Assembly: GCA_963760795.1 (NCBI GenBank) | Contig: CAVXEP010000022.1 | Span: 1-64,000 of the forward strand | Direction: 5' to 3' | Source of the DNA: an uncultured delta proteobacterium | GTDB taxonomy: Bacteria > Desulfobacterota > Binatia > UBA9968 | Length of the DNA: 64,000 bases | Shown: positions 39,771-50,285 of the stretch, one piece after another | Position numbering within the stretch: the stretch's first letter is position 1 | Layout: each line of letters starts with the position of its first letter | Program-made: the position numbers and the translations under genes | Notes under the pieces: generated by a model | Seen by the model: the letters and a program-made list of their open reading frames with translations, nothing else | Database searches by the model: none | Told to the model about the DNA's origin: nothing

Positions 39771-40826
39771 CTACTTCGGCGCTTCATGGGCCAGTCGTTT
39801 ATACATCGTCAGGATTTCCGGCCGCCAATCGGTGTACTGTTTCACGTCTTCGAAAACTTCTTTGCCGCTGAACATCTGCTCGAAAGGGTTGCCTTCGAGC
39901 ACCACGTCTTCCCAGTCTTTGCGAAACGCCGGGTCGTTGCCGACTTTGAGCAGCGCCTCTTCCAGGATCTTGCGAATCGACTCTGGGGTTCCCGGCGGGA
40001 AAGCCATGGCGGCACCGAGGCGATCGGTGGAGTTGATCTTGCGAATGATATTTCTTTGCACGTCGGTCTTGGCAAACTGCATGATCGACGGCACGCCATC
40101 GAAGATCGCATGTTTTATCGGCGGCAACTCTTCAGGCAGAGTCATGGCCACCAGCGCAACCACCTCGCGCTTGGCGAACAACTCCGGACGATCGGTCATC
40201 ATCGACGCCGCGTCGTTAACCCGTCCCTGAATTTCCCCTTGCTCCAAGGCGACGTAGAGCTGCAAGGTGTCATAGCCCAGGACCCAGCGCACTTTGAGGC
40301 CGAGAATCTCGGCGATCAGCCGGGCGTAGAGATAACTACGGTTGCCGACGCCTTGGGCGCCGAGCGTTACCTCGCGCTTGCGCAGCTCGTCCAGAGTTTT
40401 GATACCCGCGCGCTGATGAACAAACAGCACGTTGCGCTGTTTACCGGTGCTCGGCGCGCCGACGTACACGAAGGTGCGCGGATCGTAAGTAGCGCCCGGC
40501 GCGCCGAAGTAAGGCGCCTCCAAATACGACGAGATCACCATCGACAGGAAACTGCCGTCCGTCGCTCCCTTGCTGAGCGCCAGCATCGCCGGGATGCCCT
40601 GCCCGCCGGTTTTGTTTTGAATCAAAATGGTTGGATTACCCGGCGTGTACCTCGCCAGATACTTGGTCAAAGTTCGCGCGATGCGATCCTGCCTGCCCCC
40701 AGCGGGAGCGCCAACCTGAAGCGTGACGGTCTTGCCTTGGAAATACGCGGTTTCAGCGGCATGCACATTAGCTTGCGCCGTCTGTAAGGCGAAAAGAAAC
40801 AAGACCGGCAGATAAGTCGTCCTCAT
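39771..40826 (-). CDS. TctC/Bug-like substrate-binding protein
   Basis: Signal peptide; PGNPTILIQN, ALEQGEI, PPGTP. Confidence 0.8.
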   Translation of the reverse strand: MRTTYLPVLFLFALQTAQANVHAAETAYFQGKTVTLQVGAPAGGRQDRIARTLTKYLARYTPGNPTILIQNKTGGQGIPAMLALSKGATDGSFLSMVISSYLEAPYFGAPGATYDPRTFVYVGAPSTGKQRNVLFVHQRAGIKTLDELRKREVTLGAQGVGNRSYLYARLIAEILGLKVRWVLGYDTLQLYVALEQGEIQGRVNDAASMMTDRPELFAKREVVALVAMTLPEELPPIKHAIFDGVPSIMQFAKTDVQRNIIRKINSTDRLGAAMAFPPGTPESIRKILEEALLKVGNDPAFRKDWEDVVLEGNPFEQMFSGKEVFEDVKQYTDWRPEILTMYKRLAHEAPK

Positions 40827-41188
40827 GGCAGGATCACCTCACGGCTTACTTAATAAATGCGCGGCACAGCTCGACTCACTTGTCGTTTAACACACCTCAG
40901 GTTTGGCGCACCAGCAGATCATGGGTCACAACAAATCATGCTTGACAGCTTACACCGTAGGCAAATATCGTCCCGCAAGCCGTGCCCAAAGCCGTCTCCG
41001 AACTTTCGCAGGTATCCGTCGCCATCGAGCCGGGAAAGACTACGGCTTAAAAAATTGCCGAAACAGTTAGAGAGAGACTTAGGATCAAATTCAAATCTTT
41101 GACCGGGGTTATGGCTTGCTTTGTGAACAAATCACGCCAATTGAAGCGTGTCCACGACCCCATGCTCTGACACGCCTTGACTCCCACG

Positions 41189-42199
41189 CTATCGCTTCCC
41201 GAACATTGTGCCGATGAAACCGGAGTCGTCGAGTTCTTTAATCAAACTGTTGTCGTAGAACTGTTCCGCTTCGGCGCGCCGAGCGGCGTCGCGGCGTGAG
41301 GCTTTGAGAGCCCTTGCGACATGCTCTCGACTCACGTAGGGGCGCGATGGGATATGCGGGACGCTGGTGCGATAACTTTCTTGAAGTACTTCACGGTCGC
41401 TGATACGCGAGTATTTGCCGATGAGGCGCTGCGCCAGCGCGCCATCCTTGCGCAATGCGGCCAAAGCTTCGAGGTAAGCCTTATAAAAATTCAACGCCGT
41501 CGCCCGGTTCTGTTTCAGCCAGCTTTCTCGCGCGGCGAGCGCACCGTAGCCGAACGGGATTTTCATCTCGATCAGATTCATCAGTTCTCTAAAGCCCAGC
41601 TTCTGCGCGATCAAGCCATTGGGCGGCGAGATAATCGCCGCGTCGGCCAGGCCTTGTTGCAGCGCGTGCACGCGGGCGTCGGTGCCGCCGACGTAGAGAA
41701 TCTTATACTCGCTGTCTTTGAGTCCGACGGTTTCGAGGGCATCGCGTATGCCATAGTCGGAAGCAGATCCGGCGCTGCTGGCGGCGATGACTTTGCCCTT
41801 GAGTTGCGCCGGGCTCGTGATCGCCGGTTTACTGAAAATTTGGAAATAGTAGGTGTCGTAAACCGTGCCGATGATCGTGACGTCGCCGCCGGCCAGGCGC
41901 GCTTCGACCCCTGCGTTGAGAGCGATCTGGCCAATCTGGATGGAGTCGGATTCCAGGGCAAGGGCGATCCTCGAACCGCCGGCAAGGTAGATGATCTCGG
42001 CATCGATGCCGTACTTTGCGAATATTCCGTTATCCCGCCCCGCCCACAGCGGCGCCATGGTCGCCGTGATCGCGCTGTAGCCGAGACGTAATTTGGCCGC
42101 GCTCGCGCCATAGGAGAATGAAGTCGCGACCAGGACCGTGAGAACGCTTAAGATCGCCAGGCACAGTTTTATCCAACCTCCGATGGTTTTTCTCAGCAT
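41189..42199 (-). CDS. SsuA/NMT1-like substrate-binding protein
   Basis: GYSAITA, LKGK, FYDNSLIKELDDSGFI. Confidence 0.85.
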   Translation of the reverse strand: MLRKTIGGWIKLCLAILSVLTVLVATSFSYGASAAKLRLGYSAITATMAPLWAGRDNGIFAKYGIDAEIIYLAGGSRIALALESDSIQIGQIALNAGVEARLAGGDVTIIGTVYDTYYFQIFSKPAITSPAQLKGKVIAASSAGSASDYGIRDALETVGLKDSEYKILYVGGTDARVHALQQGLADAAIISPPNGLIAQKLGFRELMNLIEMKIPFGYGALAARESWLKQNRATALNFYKAYLEALAALRKDGALAQRLIGKYSRISDREVLQESYRTSVPHIPSRPYVSREHVARALKASRRDAARRAEAEQFYDNSLIKELDDSGFIGTMFGKR

Positions 42200-42470
42200 A
42201 GTTTCGCAGCTCCAAGACTCCAATCCGGTCGTTACATGATCCAGCATCGCTGTCGAGTTTGAGTCTACTGACTGTCGCCGGCCCGAAGCAAGTGAAAACT
42301 AGCCGTCGATTCGAATCCCTCATCCCGATTGTTTGACGGATCGCTTGAAATGTCGGCGGAGCAAGAGCCCGATATCAACCTACGATCGGCCGCCAGCGCT
42401 AAGCGGGTTGTGATGTCATCGTGCCCCGTGTTATTGAGTCGACAAACTTCGAGCCATGTGAGGAGGCGTT

Positions 42471-43640
42471 ATGAAACGCGCCAGAATGAGACTCGTTTAT
42501 CCAATCATCTTGTTGGCGGTGACCTCGCTGTTTGGCTGTTCCACGGCGAATCGGATGAGTGCGAATATGCCGGCGTTGGCGGAGCAAGGCTATTTTCATG
42601 TCGGTGGAAAGTATCAGAAAATCGATAAAGACGAAATCTTGGTCGGACAGATGTATGTCTGGTATCAGATCCCCAAAGAATCGCGACGGCCCTATCCAGT
42701 GGTGCTCGTGCACGGCGGCGGGCAGACCGGAACGAATTTTCTGCGCACACCGGACGGACGGCCAGGATGGGCGGATCATTTTCTCCAAGCCGGTTACACC
42801 GTGTACGTGGTCGACTGGCCGGGACATGGCAAGTCGAACTATGTCGCGCCAGTCTACGGCGCGCCGGGGCTGGTGCCCACTGCGGCGCGCGAGAAACGCT
42901 TCACCCGGCCAAAAGATTTCTCTGACAATTGGCCCCAAGCACAAAAGCACACCCAGTGGCCTGGCACTGGACGCAAGGACGATCCGATTTTCGATCACTT
43001 CTTAGCCTCGCAAAGCATCACGCCCACAGCGGTGGTTAAAGGCGCTGGACCGCTCAACGAGAAACTTACCGGTGACGCGCTGGTAGCGTTGCTCGATAAG
43101 ATCGGACCGGCGATCGTGCTCACCCATTCGATGTCGGGAAAGCCGGGCTGGTTGGTGGCTGATGCCCGGCCAAAACTGGTCAAGGGCATGCTCGCCGTGG
43201 AACCCAATGGGCCGCCATTTCACGAAGCACCGTACGCCTGGGGAAGCTCGCCAGGTGAAAACCTGACCCGGCCCTGGGGCATGACCGCGTTTCCCGTGAC
43301 CTACGATCCGCCGGTAAAGAGCGCGTCCGAGATAAAGATCGTCCAAGATGAAAAAGCGGACGGCCCCGACAAAGCCCGCTGTTATCGCCAAGCGGAACCG
43401 GCGCGGCGCTTAGTAAATCTGGCCCAGGTGCCGACGCTGATCCTGCAATCGGAAGCTTCCTATCACGCCGGTTACGATCAGTGCTCGGTGAGGTTTCTAA
43501 GACAGGCCGGCGTCGCCGTCGACTTCATCAAACTCGAAGATGTCGGCATCCGCGGCAACGGCCACATGATGATGCTGGAAAAAAATAATCACGAGATCGC
43601 CCAGGTAATGATCGACTGGTTGGAGAAGTCGGTTAAATAA
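42471..43640 (+). CDS. Lipoprotein alpha/beta hydrolase
   Basis: Lipobox LFGC; HGGGQTG, TPDGRPGW, THSMSG, GNGHMMMLE. Confidence 0.85.
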   Translation: MKRARMRLVYPIILLAVTSLFGCSTANRMSANMPALAEQGYFHVGGKYQKIDKDEILVGQMYVWYQIPKESRRPYPVVLVHGGGQTGTNFLRTPDGRPGWADHFLQAGYTVYVVDWPGHGKSNYVAPVYGAPGLVPTAAREKRFTRPKDFSDNWPQAQKHTQWPGTGRKDDPIFDHFLASQSITPTAVVKGAGPLNEKLTGDALVALLDKIGPAIVLTHSMSGKPGWLVADARPKLVKGMLAVEPNGPPFHEAPYAWGSSPGENLTRPWGMTAFPVTYDPPVKSASEIKIVQDEKADGPDKARCYRQAEPARRLVNLAQVPTLILQSEASYHAGYDQCSVRFLRQAGVAVDFIKLEDVGIRGNGHMMMLEKNNHEIAQVMIDWLEKSVK

Positions 43641-43807
43641 ATAAGTAACTGATACCGAGGATGACGGTGTTAGTTTTGGTTTTGCTGGGGTGAAGATTTG
43701 GTTTTCGTGACAGCGCGAGCGGCAATCGATATTGACAGCAGACATAGCGATCGGCGATTGATTTGATAGCAGGTTTACTAACCAACAGTGTCCTGGTTTC
43801 GCCACAC

Positions 43808-43923
43808 GTACAGCCCCTGTTGAAAACCCATAACCCGCGCATCGGCGAGGTCAGTGTCGAGAACCTTGTCGACAGCCGCTATAATTCGCAAACTAGATAA
43901 TGACGTTTTTTGAGCGGATATAG
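43808..43923 (+). pseudogene. Decayed 3' end of an SsuA-like SBP gene
   Basis: VQPLLKTHNPRIGEVSVENLVDS|IIRKLDND|FFERI* resembles the SBP C-termini in this window. Confidence 0.5.
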
Positions 43924-44041
43924 GCTAATTGAACAAAATCTTTCACGCATTCTGCATCTGGATTGTCAAAAAGAGAGAACTGACCGGAACTTCCATATGA
44001 ATCCCATTGCCAACTTTTACTTCAGCGAGTGTCAAACTTAA

Positions 44042-45646
44042 ATGAACTCAACCGAACAATCATTTCACTGGTGGGAGCGCGGCATCGTGTACCAAATCTA
44101 CCCGCGCTCGTTTATGGACAGCAACGGCGATGGCATCGGCGATCTGCCGGGGATTCGCCAAAAGCTCGATTACTTGCAATGGCTCGGCGTAGACGCTATC
44201 TGGATTTCGCCTATTTATCCCTCGCCCATGGCCGATTTCGGTTATGACGTGAGCGACTACACCGATATCGATGGGATTTTCGGCTCACTGGCAGACTTCG
44301 ATGCGTTGCTGGCCGAGGTGCATGCCCGCGGTATGAAGCTGCTGCTGGACTACGTTCCCAATCATACTTCCGATCGCCATCCCTGGTTCATCGATTCGAA
44401 ATCGTCGCGCTCCAGCGCGAAACGCGACTGGTATATCTGGCGTGATGCCGCACCGGAGGGCGGGCCGCCGAACAACTGGCGATCCAATTTCGGTGGCGCG
44501 GCCTGGACATGGGACAAAGCAACCGGACAATATTTTTATCACGCTTTCCTCAAAGAGCAGCCAGATCTTAACTGGCGCAATGTCGAAGTGCGGCAAGCGA
44601 TGCTCGACGTGCTGCGCTTTTGGCTCTACCGCGGCGTCGATGGCTTTCGCGTCGACGTCATGCACCATCTTGCCAAGGACACGCAGTACCGCGACAATCC
44701 GCCTAACCCGGATTTTCGTCCGGGCATGTCGCCCTATCGCGAGCTGCTCACGACCCACTCGGTGGATCTGCCGGAGGTTCATGAAATCGTCGCCCTGATG
44801 CGCGCGGTGGTCGACGAGTATGACGATCGCATGTTGGTCGGCGAGATTTATCTCCCGTTGGAGCGGCTGATGGCCTATTACGGGGCGAGTGGCGAGGGCG
44901 CGCACCTGCCGTTCAATTTCCAACTGCTGCGTTTGCCATGGGATGCCAAAGGCGTTGCCACCGTGGTCGAGCGCTACGAAGCAATGCTGCCGTCGTATGC
45001 CTGGCCAAACTGGGTGCTCGGCAATCACGACAAACCACGCATCGCCACCCGGGTCGGCGCCGCGCAAGCGCGCGTGGCGGCACTCCTGTTGCTGACTTTG
45101 CGCGGCACGCCGACGATGTACTATGGCGATGAGATCGGCATGCACGATGTGGCGATTGCACCGAATCAGGTGCGCGATCCTTTCGAGAAAAACGTTCCCG
45201 GTCTAGGCCTCGGCCGCGATCCGGTGCGCACTCCAATGCAATGGACCGGCGGCCATTGCGCCGGCTTTACAACCGGCGCGCCCTGGCTGCCACTCGCCGA
45301 TGACTGCAAAACCGTCAATGTGGCGACGTTGCGCAATCAACCCAATTCGATTCTCACGCTTTATCATCGCCTTATCGAGCTGCGACGGGCAGAGCCAGCG
45401 TTGTCCGTGGGCGAGTTCGCCTCGCTCCCTGTCATCGATAATGTGATGGCCTACGTGCGCAAGGCCGGTGACCGCAGGCTTTTGATCGTCCTCAACTTCG
45501 TGCCGCAAGCGCGTAGCTTCGACCTGAGCACGCTCGATGCGCAGGCCGTATTGCTGCTGTCAACTCATCTCGACCGAAACCAAGAGCAACTGGGCGGCGA
45601 GATCCAATTGCGCAGCGATGAAGGTGTCATAATCGAGCTTCGATGA
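44042..45646 (+). CDS. GH13 alpha-glucosidase
   Basis: YQIYPRSF.DSNGDGIGDL, VPNHTS, GFRVD, VGE, GNHD. Confidence 0.93.
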   Translation: MNSTEQSFHWWERGIVYQIYPRSFMDSNGDGIGDLPGIRQKLDYLQWLGVDAIWISPIYPSPMADFGYDVSDYTDIDGIFGSLADFDALLAEVHARGMKLLLDYVPNHTSDRHPWFIDSKSSRSSAKRDWYIWRDAAPEGGPPNNWRSNFGGAAWTWDKATGQYFYHAFLKEQPDLNWRNVEVRQAMLDVLRFWLYRGVDGFRVDVMHHLAKDTQYRDNPPNPDFRPGMSPYRELLTTHSVDLPEVHEIVALMRAVVDEYDDRMLVGEIYLPLERLMAYYGASGEGAHLPFNFQLLRLPWDAKGVATVVERYEAMLPSYAWPNWVLGNHDKPRIATRVGAAQARVAALLLLTLRGTPTMYYGDEIGMHDVAIAPNQVRDPFEKNVPGLGLGRDPVRTPMQWTGGHCAGFTTGAPWLPLADDCKTVNVATLRNQPNSILTLYHRLIELRRAEPALSVGEFASLPVIDNVMAYVRKAGDRRLLIVLNFVPQARSFDLSTLDAQAVLLLSTHLDRNQEQLGGEIQLRSDEGVIIELR

Positions 45647-45798
45647 CGGGCGGCAAATTAATCGGACGTAATATTTGAGCGACACCTGCATGACGACGTT
45701 CGGCGCATGATGGAACACGGCGGAATCGGCGTTGTCTCCCAGCTAATTCCAGCTTGGCCTCAATAATCCTTGGCATAGCGAACTGTTTTCATCCTAAG

Positions 45799-45828
45799 TT
45801 GACGAACTAGAGCTTAATCGACTACCAT
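45799..45828 (+). promoter_or_regulatory. sigma70-type promoter
   Basis: TTGACG-N18-TACCAT. Confidence 0.4.
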
Positions 45829-45875
45829 TTTGATTTTCGCGTCTTGCTTAGATTCGACCAGGACAAGATTCCCCA

Positions 45876-47822
45876 ATGACACAACAAGATTCGATTCCGC
45901 GCATCATCGTGCAGCCGGCAAGCGGTTTCATCGCATTTGGCGATGACGAGATTGAACAATCAATTCCGCAGCGCTTCGAGCAGCAGGTACAGGCGGATGG
46001 CAACCGGGTGGCGATAAAGTCAGACCGAGATGTCTATACTTTTGATTCGTTAAATCGGACCGCCAACCGGTTAGCACGAGAGATATCGAGGCGGCGCGGC
46101 AGCAGCATGGCTGAGCCGATTGCCCTGCTCTTCGATCACGGTGCCGCGGTTCTAGTGGCGATTATGGCGGTTCTAAAAGCCGGAAAGTTTTACATCGCCT
46201 TGGACGCGAGCTATCCACGAGATCGCTTGAAGTACATGCTTCAAGATTCCGGCGCCAAACTTATCGTCACCGACCCAAACAATATCGCTGTCGTACGAGG
46301 GATTTCCGACGACACTTTGGACGTTGTCGATTTCATGAGTTCGGATGTCTCTCTTCCTGATCACAATCTGGGCATGTCGCCGAAACCGGACAGCCTGGCG
46401 CTGCTGCTTTATACCTCGGGTTCGACCGGACAGCCGAAGGGAGTGATGCACACGCATCGCAATGTTCTCGTCGACGTGCGCAATCTCACAAATGGTTGGG
46501 GTGTTAGCGCGAAAGATCGCTGGTTGTTGCATACCTCGGTGAGTTTCGCGAACTCAGTGCGCACGATTTTTAGCTCTCTCTTAAACGGCGGCTCCATCTA
46601 TCCCTACGACATTAAAGAAACCGGCTTCGGTGCGTTGCCGAACTGGCTGGTGGCACAGGAGATCACCATCGTCCGGACCGTGCCAACGACCTTTCGCGAC
46701 TTTATGGGCACGTTGGAAAGAGACCAGAAATTTCCATCGGTTCGACTGTTATCGGTCGGCGGAGAACCGATGCTGCGAGACGACCTCGACTATTTTAATC
46801 GCCACTTTCTAGGCCATTGCGTCCTATGCCATGCTCTCGGACCGACCGAGTGCTTGACCGTTTGTTGGGCGCTGATCCCCCATGGCAGTCGCATAACGGA
46901 GACAAAATTGCCGATCGGTTATCCGCTCAAAGACAAAGATGTGCTGGTGCTCGACGACAATCGAAGAGAACTCGGCGACGGCGAAGTTGGCGAGCTAGCA
47001 GTCAAGAGCCGCTATATCTCGCTGGGCTACTGGCGCGATCCTGAGCGAACTCAGTCTGTGTTCTTACCAGATCCAGCCGGCACCGCCGCTCGAATTTACT
47101 TGACCGGCGACCTCGGCCTGAGGAGACCGGACGGTTGCCTGGTCCATGTTGGCCGCGAGGACTTCCAGGTAAAGATTCGCGGCTTTCGAATTGACGTTGC
47201 GGAGATTGAAATCGCGCTACGCGCCATCGACGTAGTCGCTGATGCCGTCGTCGTTGGGCGGCAAGACGAGCACAGCGCACAAAGGCTGGTTGCCTATTTC
47301 GTGCCGGCAACCCATCCGCCGGTCACGATTACCAAGCTTCGTCAAATTCTCGCTCGAACGTTACCTGACTACATGATTCCATCATCGTTTGTTTCTATGG
47401 CTGCGCTGCCGCAGACTCCGAACGGGAAAACGGATCGGCTTCGATTGCCTCCTCCAGCTCGAAACCGACCTGACCTAGATAACGCTTTCGTACCGCCAGG
47501 GACGACGGCGGAGACAGAGCTATCGACAATATGGTCCGATGTTTTAGGTATCGATCAATTGGGAATTAATGACAATTTTTTCGAATTGGGCGGCGACTCC
47601 CTGCTGGCAACGCGGGTCGTCACTCTGGTGATGAAGAAATTCAGAGCGCATTTGCCGATCAGGACCTTGTTTGATAACCCGACAATAGCCCAGCAGGCTG
47701 AACAACTTTTGCTATGGCAGACAAAAGCTATTAGCGCGCAATCCCTGGCAAACATCCTATACGAAATCGAATCCTTGTCCGACGAGGAAATCTACCACCG
47801 TCTCACCAGCGAAAAGGACTAA
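45876..47822 (+). CDS. Stand-alone NRPS-like adenylation-thiolation didomain
   Basis: YTSGSTGQPKG, GPTE, TGDL, QVKIRGFRI, NGKTDR, carrier FFELGGDSL. Confidence 0.9.
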   Translation: MTQQDSIPRIIVQPASGFIAFGDDEIEQSIPQRFEQQVQADGNRVAIKSDRDVYTFDSLNRTANRLAREISRRRGSSMAEPIALLFDHGAAVLVAIMAVLKAGKFYIALDASYPRDRLKYMLQDSGAKLIVTDPNNIAVVRGISDDTLDVVDFMSSDVSLPDHNLGMSPKPDSLALLLYTSGSTGQPKGVMHTHRNVLVDVRNLTNGWGVSAKDRWLLHTSVSFANSVRTIFSSLLNGGSIYPYDIKETGFGALPNWLVAQEITIVRTVPTTFRDFMGTLERDQKFPSVRLLSVGGEPMLRDDLDYFNRHFLGHCVLCHALGPTECLTVCWALIPHGSRITETKLPIGYPLKDKDVLVLDDNRRELGDGEVGELAVKSRYISLGYWRDPERTQSVFLPDPAGTAARIYLTGDLGLRRPDGCLVHVGREDFQVKIRGFRIDVAEIEIALRAIDVVADAVVVGRQDEHSAQRLVAYFVPATHPPVTITKLRQILARTLPDYMIPSSFVSMAALPQTPNGKTDRLRLPPPARNRPDLDNAFVPPGTTAETELSTIWSDVLGIDQLGINDNFFELGGDSLLATRVVTLVMKKFRAHLPIRTLFDNPTIAQQAEQLLLWQTKAISAQSLANILYEIESLSDEEIYHRLTSEKD

Positions 47823-47830
47823 ATTACGCC

Positions 47831-48928
47831 ATGGTAAGAAATCACGCAGCTTATTTTTCAAATCCGGCGCGAAAGCGCGCATACATGCCAGTAGCGCGGT
47901 TAAGTCATCTGCGTCATCGACACATGATGCCGGCAACCCTACTGCTGGTTATCGCCATGACGCTCGCTTTTTGCTCTCACGCTTTAGCGGACGAATCGTT
48001 CTATCAGGGAAAGCGGATCACCATACTCATCGGTACTCAGAGCGGCGGCAGCATGGTTGCAGCCCGAGTCCTAAGCCAACATTTGGGGAAATATATTCCG
48101 GGAAATCCGACAATCTTAGTTCAACCGATGCTCGGCGGGTCGCATATCGTTGCCACCAATCATGTATTTACCATCGCCAAACCTGACGGTTTGACACTGT
48201 TGGCGGCCAACCCGAACGTTGCGATCGCGCAATTAGTAAAAGAGGAAGCCGTTCGCTTCGATGTCACCAAGTTTGCCTGGATCGGTTCGTCGGGCTCGGA
48301 CGGCGTCGTGCTGACCATCCGTTCAGATCTTCCTTACAAGACATTTGAACAGCTGCAGCGAGCCGATCGAGAGTTGTTAGTCGGCACCACAGCAGTGGGC
48401 TCCAACGCATATGATTTTCCATTGCTGTTGAAGGAGTTTGCCGGCGCGAAATTTAAGATGGTGAGCGGCTATCCGGCAAACCCCGACATAGTTCTTGCCA
48501 TCGAACGCAAAGAGGTCGAGATCTGGTCCGCCTTTGCCGCGTCGGTGCGTCCCGTGGTTCAAAAGGGCGTCGTACATCCGCTCATCCGGTCTAGCGTGCC
48601 GTCACCCGGTTTCGAACATTTGCCGATAGACGAGAACTTCACCACTCATCCTGTCGGCAAAGCCCTTATGGCGATCAAGACCGGTCCACTAGCCATTGGC
48701 CGCGCGCTCGCTGCTCCGCCGGCGACACCACCGGAAAGAGTCGAAATCTTGAGGAAAGCGCTGGCAGCCGCGCTCAGCGACCCAGAACTCGATGCCGACT
48801 TTCATAAGTCACAAATCGACTATAGTCACATCTCTGGGTCAGAAGTTATGCGCCGTTTCACGACTCTTATGAAGCAACCGCCGGACATCCAACGGCAGTT
48901 AGCCAAATATATAAAATTCGGCGGCTAA
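47831..48928 (+). CDS. TctC/Bug-like substrate-binding protein (start uncertain)
   Basis: FYQGK.I, IPGNP, KPDGLT, AAPPATP. Confidence 0.82.
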   Translation: MVRNHAAYFSNPARKRAYMPVARLSHLRHRHMMPATLLLVIAMTLAFCSHALADESFYQGKRITILIGTQSGGSMVAARVLSQHLGKYIPGNPTILVQPMLGGSHIVATNHVFTIAKPDGLTLLAANPNVAIAQLVKEEAVRFDVTKFAWIGSSGSDGVVLTIRSDLPYKTFEQLQRADRELLVGTTAVGSNAYDFPLLLKEFAGAKFKMVSGYPANPDIVLAIERKEVEIWSAFAASVRPVVQKGVVHPLIRSSVPSPGFEHLPIDENFTTHPVGKALMAIKTGPLAIGRALAAPPATPPERVEILRKALAAALSDPELDADFHKSQIDYSHISGSEVMRRFTTLMKQPPDIQRQLAKYIKFGG

Positions 48929-49048
48929 TCAATGCGCCTTCGCGATCTGTCGGTGACAGGGACCAGGCCGGGCTTTCTAAGCAGACTGCGCGGTTGACAA
49001 TTTTCCATGTTTCTCCCTAATCGCTCGGTCCCGCGCTCGACCCGCACT

Positions 49049-49092
49049 CTACTTGCACCGAACAAGCTATCCGCCATCCATGAAGTCACCCC
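49049..49092 (-). repeat. Degenerate copy of the 3' end of the cupin gene at 51449
   Basis: aacaagctatccgccatcc is identical at 49061-49079 and 51462-51480, with similar flanks. Confidence 0.75.
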
Positions 49093-49110
49093 GTTTTGGG
49101 CCGGTCCGCC

Positions 49111-50136
49111 CTACTTCACTTCCCCAGGAAAAAGCTTGGAAGCATAATCACGATTGACCGCCTGTATCAACGTGTTGTCATAAAACCGCTTCGGATCGGC
49201 GCCCTTGCCTTTGCCGTCAGGCGAGTCTTCGAGCACCACGCGAATCGCCACCGGATCGACGCTCATGTCTTTGTTCCAGACCCGCAAGCCTTGCCGGTAA
49301 TTTTCGGCGAGTAACTTTGCGTCGGTGATCTTGGAATACTTGCCGTCGAGCTTCTTTGCGTACTCCTCGTCATCGATGGCGCGTTTCAGGCCGTCGAGAT
49401 GCCCCATGAAATATGCTTTGATCGTATTCGGATTTTTCTGCGCAAACTCCCGCATCACCGCGGTGCCCGGACCGATGATTTTCACGCCTTCTTTGTAATA
49501 GTCGACGACCACCGTGGCGCCTTTTTGCCTGGCCAGGTCGGTGTGCGGCGGGCCGATCACCAAACCGTCGGCATTGCCGACCAAAAATGTCGACAATGCT
49601 TCCCCCGGCGTCCGGTGATAGATCAACTTCACATCTTTGCCCACCTCCATGCCATGCTTGCGCGCAGTCATGCGCACGACGATTTCGCCGAACGCGCCGG
49701 GAGAAGTTGTCGAGATCGTTTTGCCGCGGAATTGTTCAAACGATGTGAAGCCCTTTTGGCTGAGCAACATCAAAGAGCTCTTATCCACCGAAGCTCCGAC
49801 GTAAATGATGTCGGCTCCGTTGAGATTGCCGCCGATCGCCGTGGCGCCGCCTTGATAAATATCGACCCTACCCGAGATCAGTGCCTGCACCGATGTGCTC
49901 GCCGCCACCACAGAAATATTCACAGCCAGGCCTTGCTTGGCAAAGTACCCGCCATCCAGCGCAACCGCCGTGGGAATCGATGTCGCCCCCCATGCCGCGA
50001 TCGCTACCTCTAGCTGATTTTTTTCGGGCTTGGCGGATGAAACTTGCGCAAAAACTTCACCACCTAGCAAGTAGCCGACAATCAGCATTGCGCTAAAGCG
50101 AAAGCTCACGGTTGCACGGAAGGAAGGAATCTTCAT
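49111..50136 (-). CDS. SsuA/NMT1-like substrate-binding protein
   Basis: GYFAKQGL, QALISG, FYDNTLI. Confidence 0.82.
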   Translation of the reverse strand: MKIPSFRATVSFRFSAMLIVGYLLGGEVFAQVSSAKPEKNQLEVAIAAWGATSIPTAVALDGGYFAKQGLAVNISVVAASTSVQALISGRVDIYQGGATAIGGNLNGADIIYVGASVDKSSLMLLSQKGFTSFEQFRGKTISTTSPGAFGEIVVRMTARKHGMEVGKDVKLIYHRTPGEALSTFLVGNADGLVIGPPHTDLARQKGATVVVDYYKEGVKIIGPGTAVMREFAQKNPNTIKAYFMGHLDGLKRAIDDEEYAKKLDGKYSKITDAKLLAENYRQGLRVWNKDMSVDPVAIRVVLEDSPDGKGKGADPKRFYDNTLIQAVNRDYASKLFPGEVK

Positions 50137-50285
50137 TTTTCGCAGCCCTTTCACAGCACGGAATCGAGCAATATCCACGTTAACCGATCACCTACGGAGC
50201 CTTTAGCATGGCCCTGCGACTGACCGCAATGAGAATCTTGTGGCGCCGATTTTGGATTCAGCCTGCTGGTCGGAAACCGTAACGA

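Noticed and set aside
39560-41180. Possible gene remnants in the gaps 39560-39770 and 40860-41180
   Set aside because: Only vague resemblance to protein fragments; not supportable without a search
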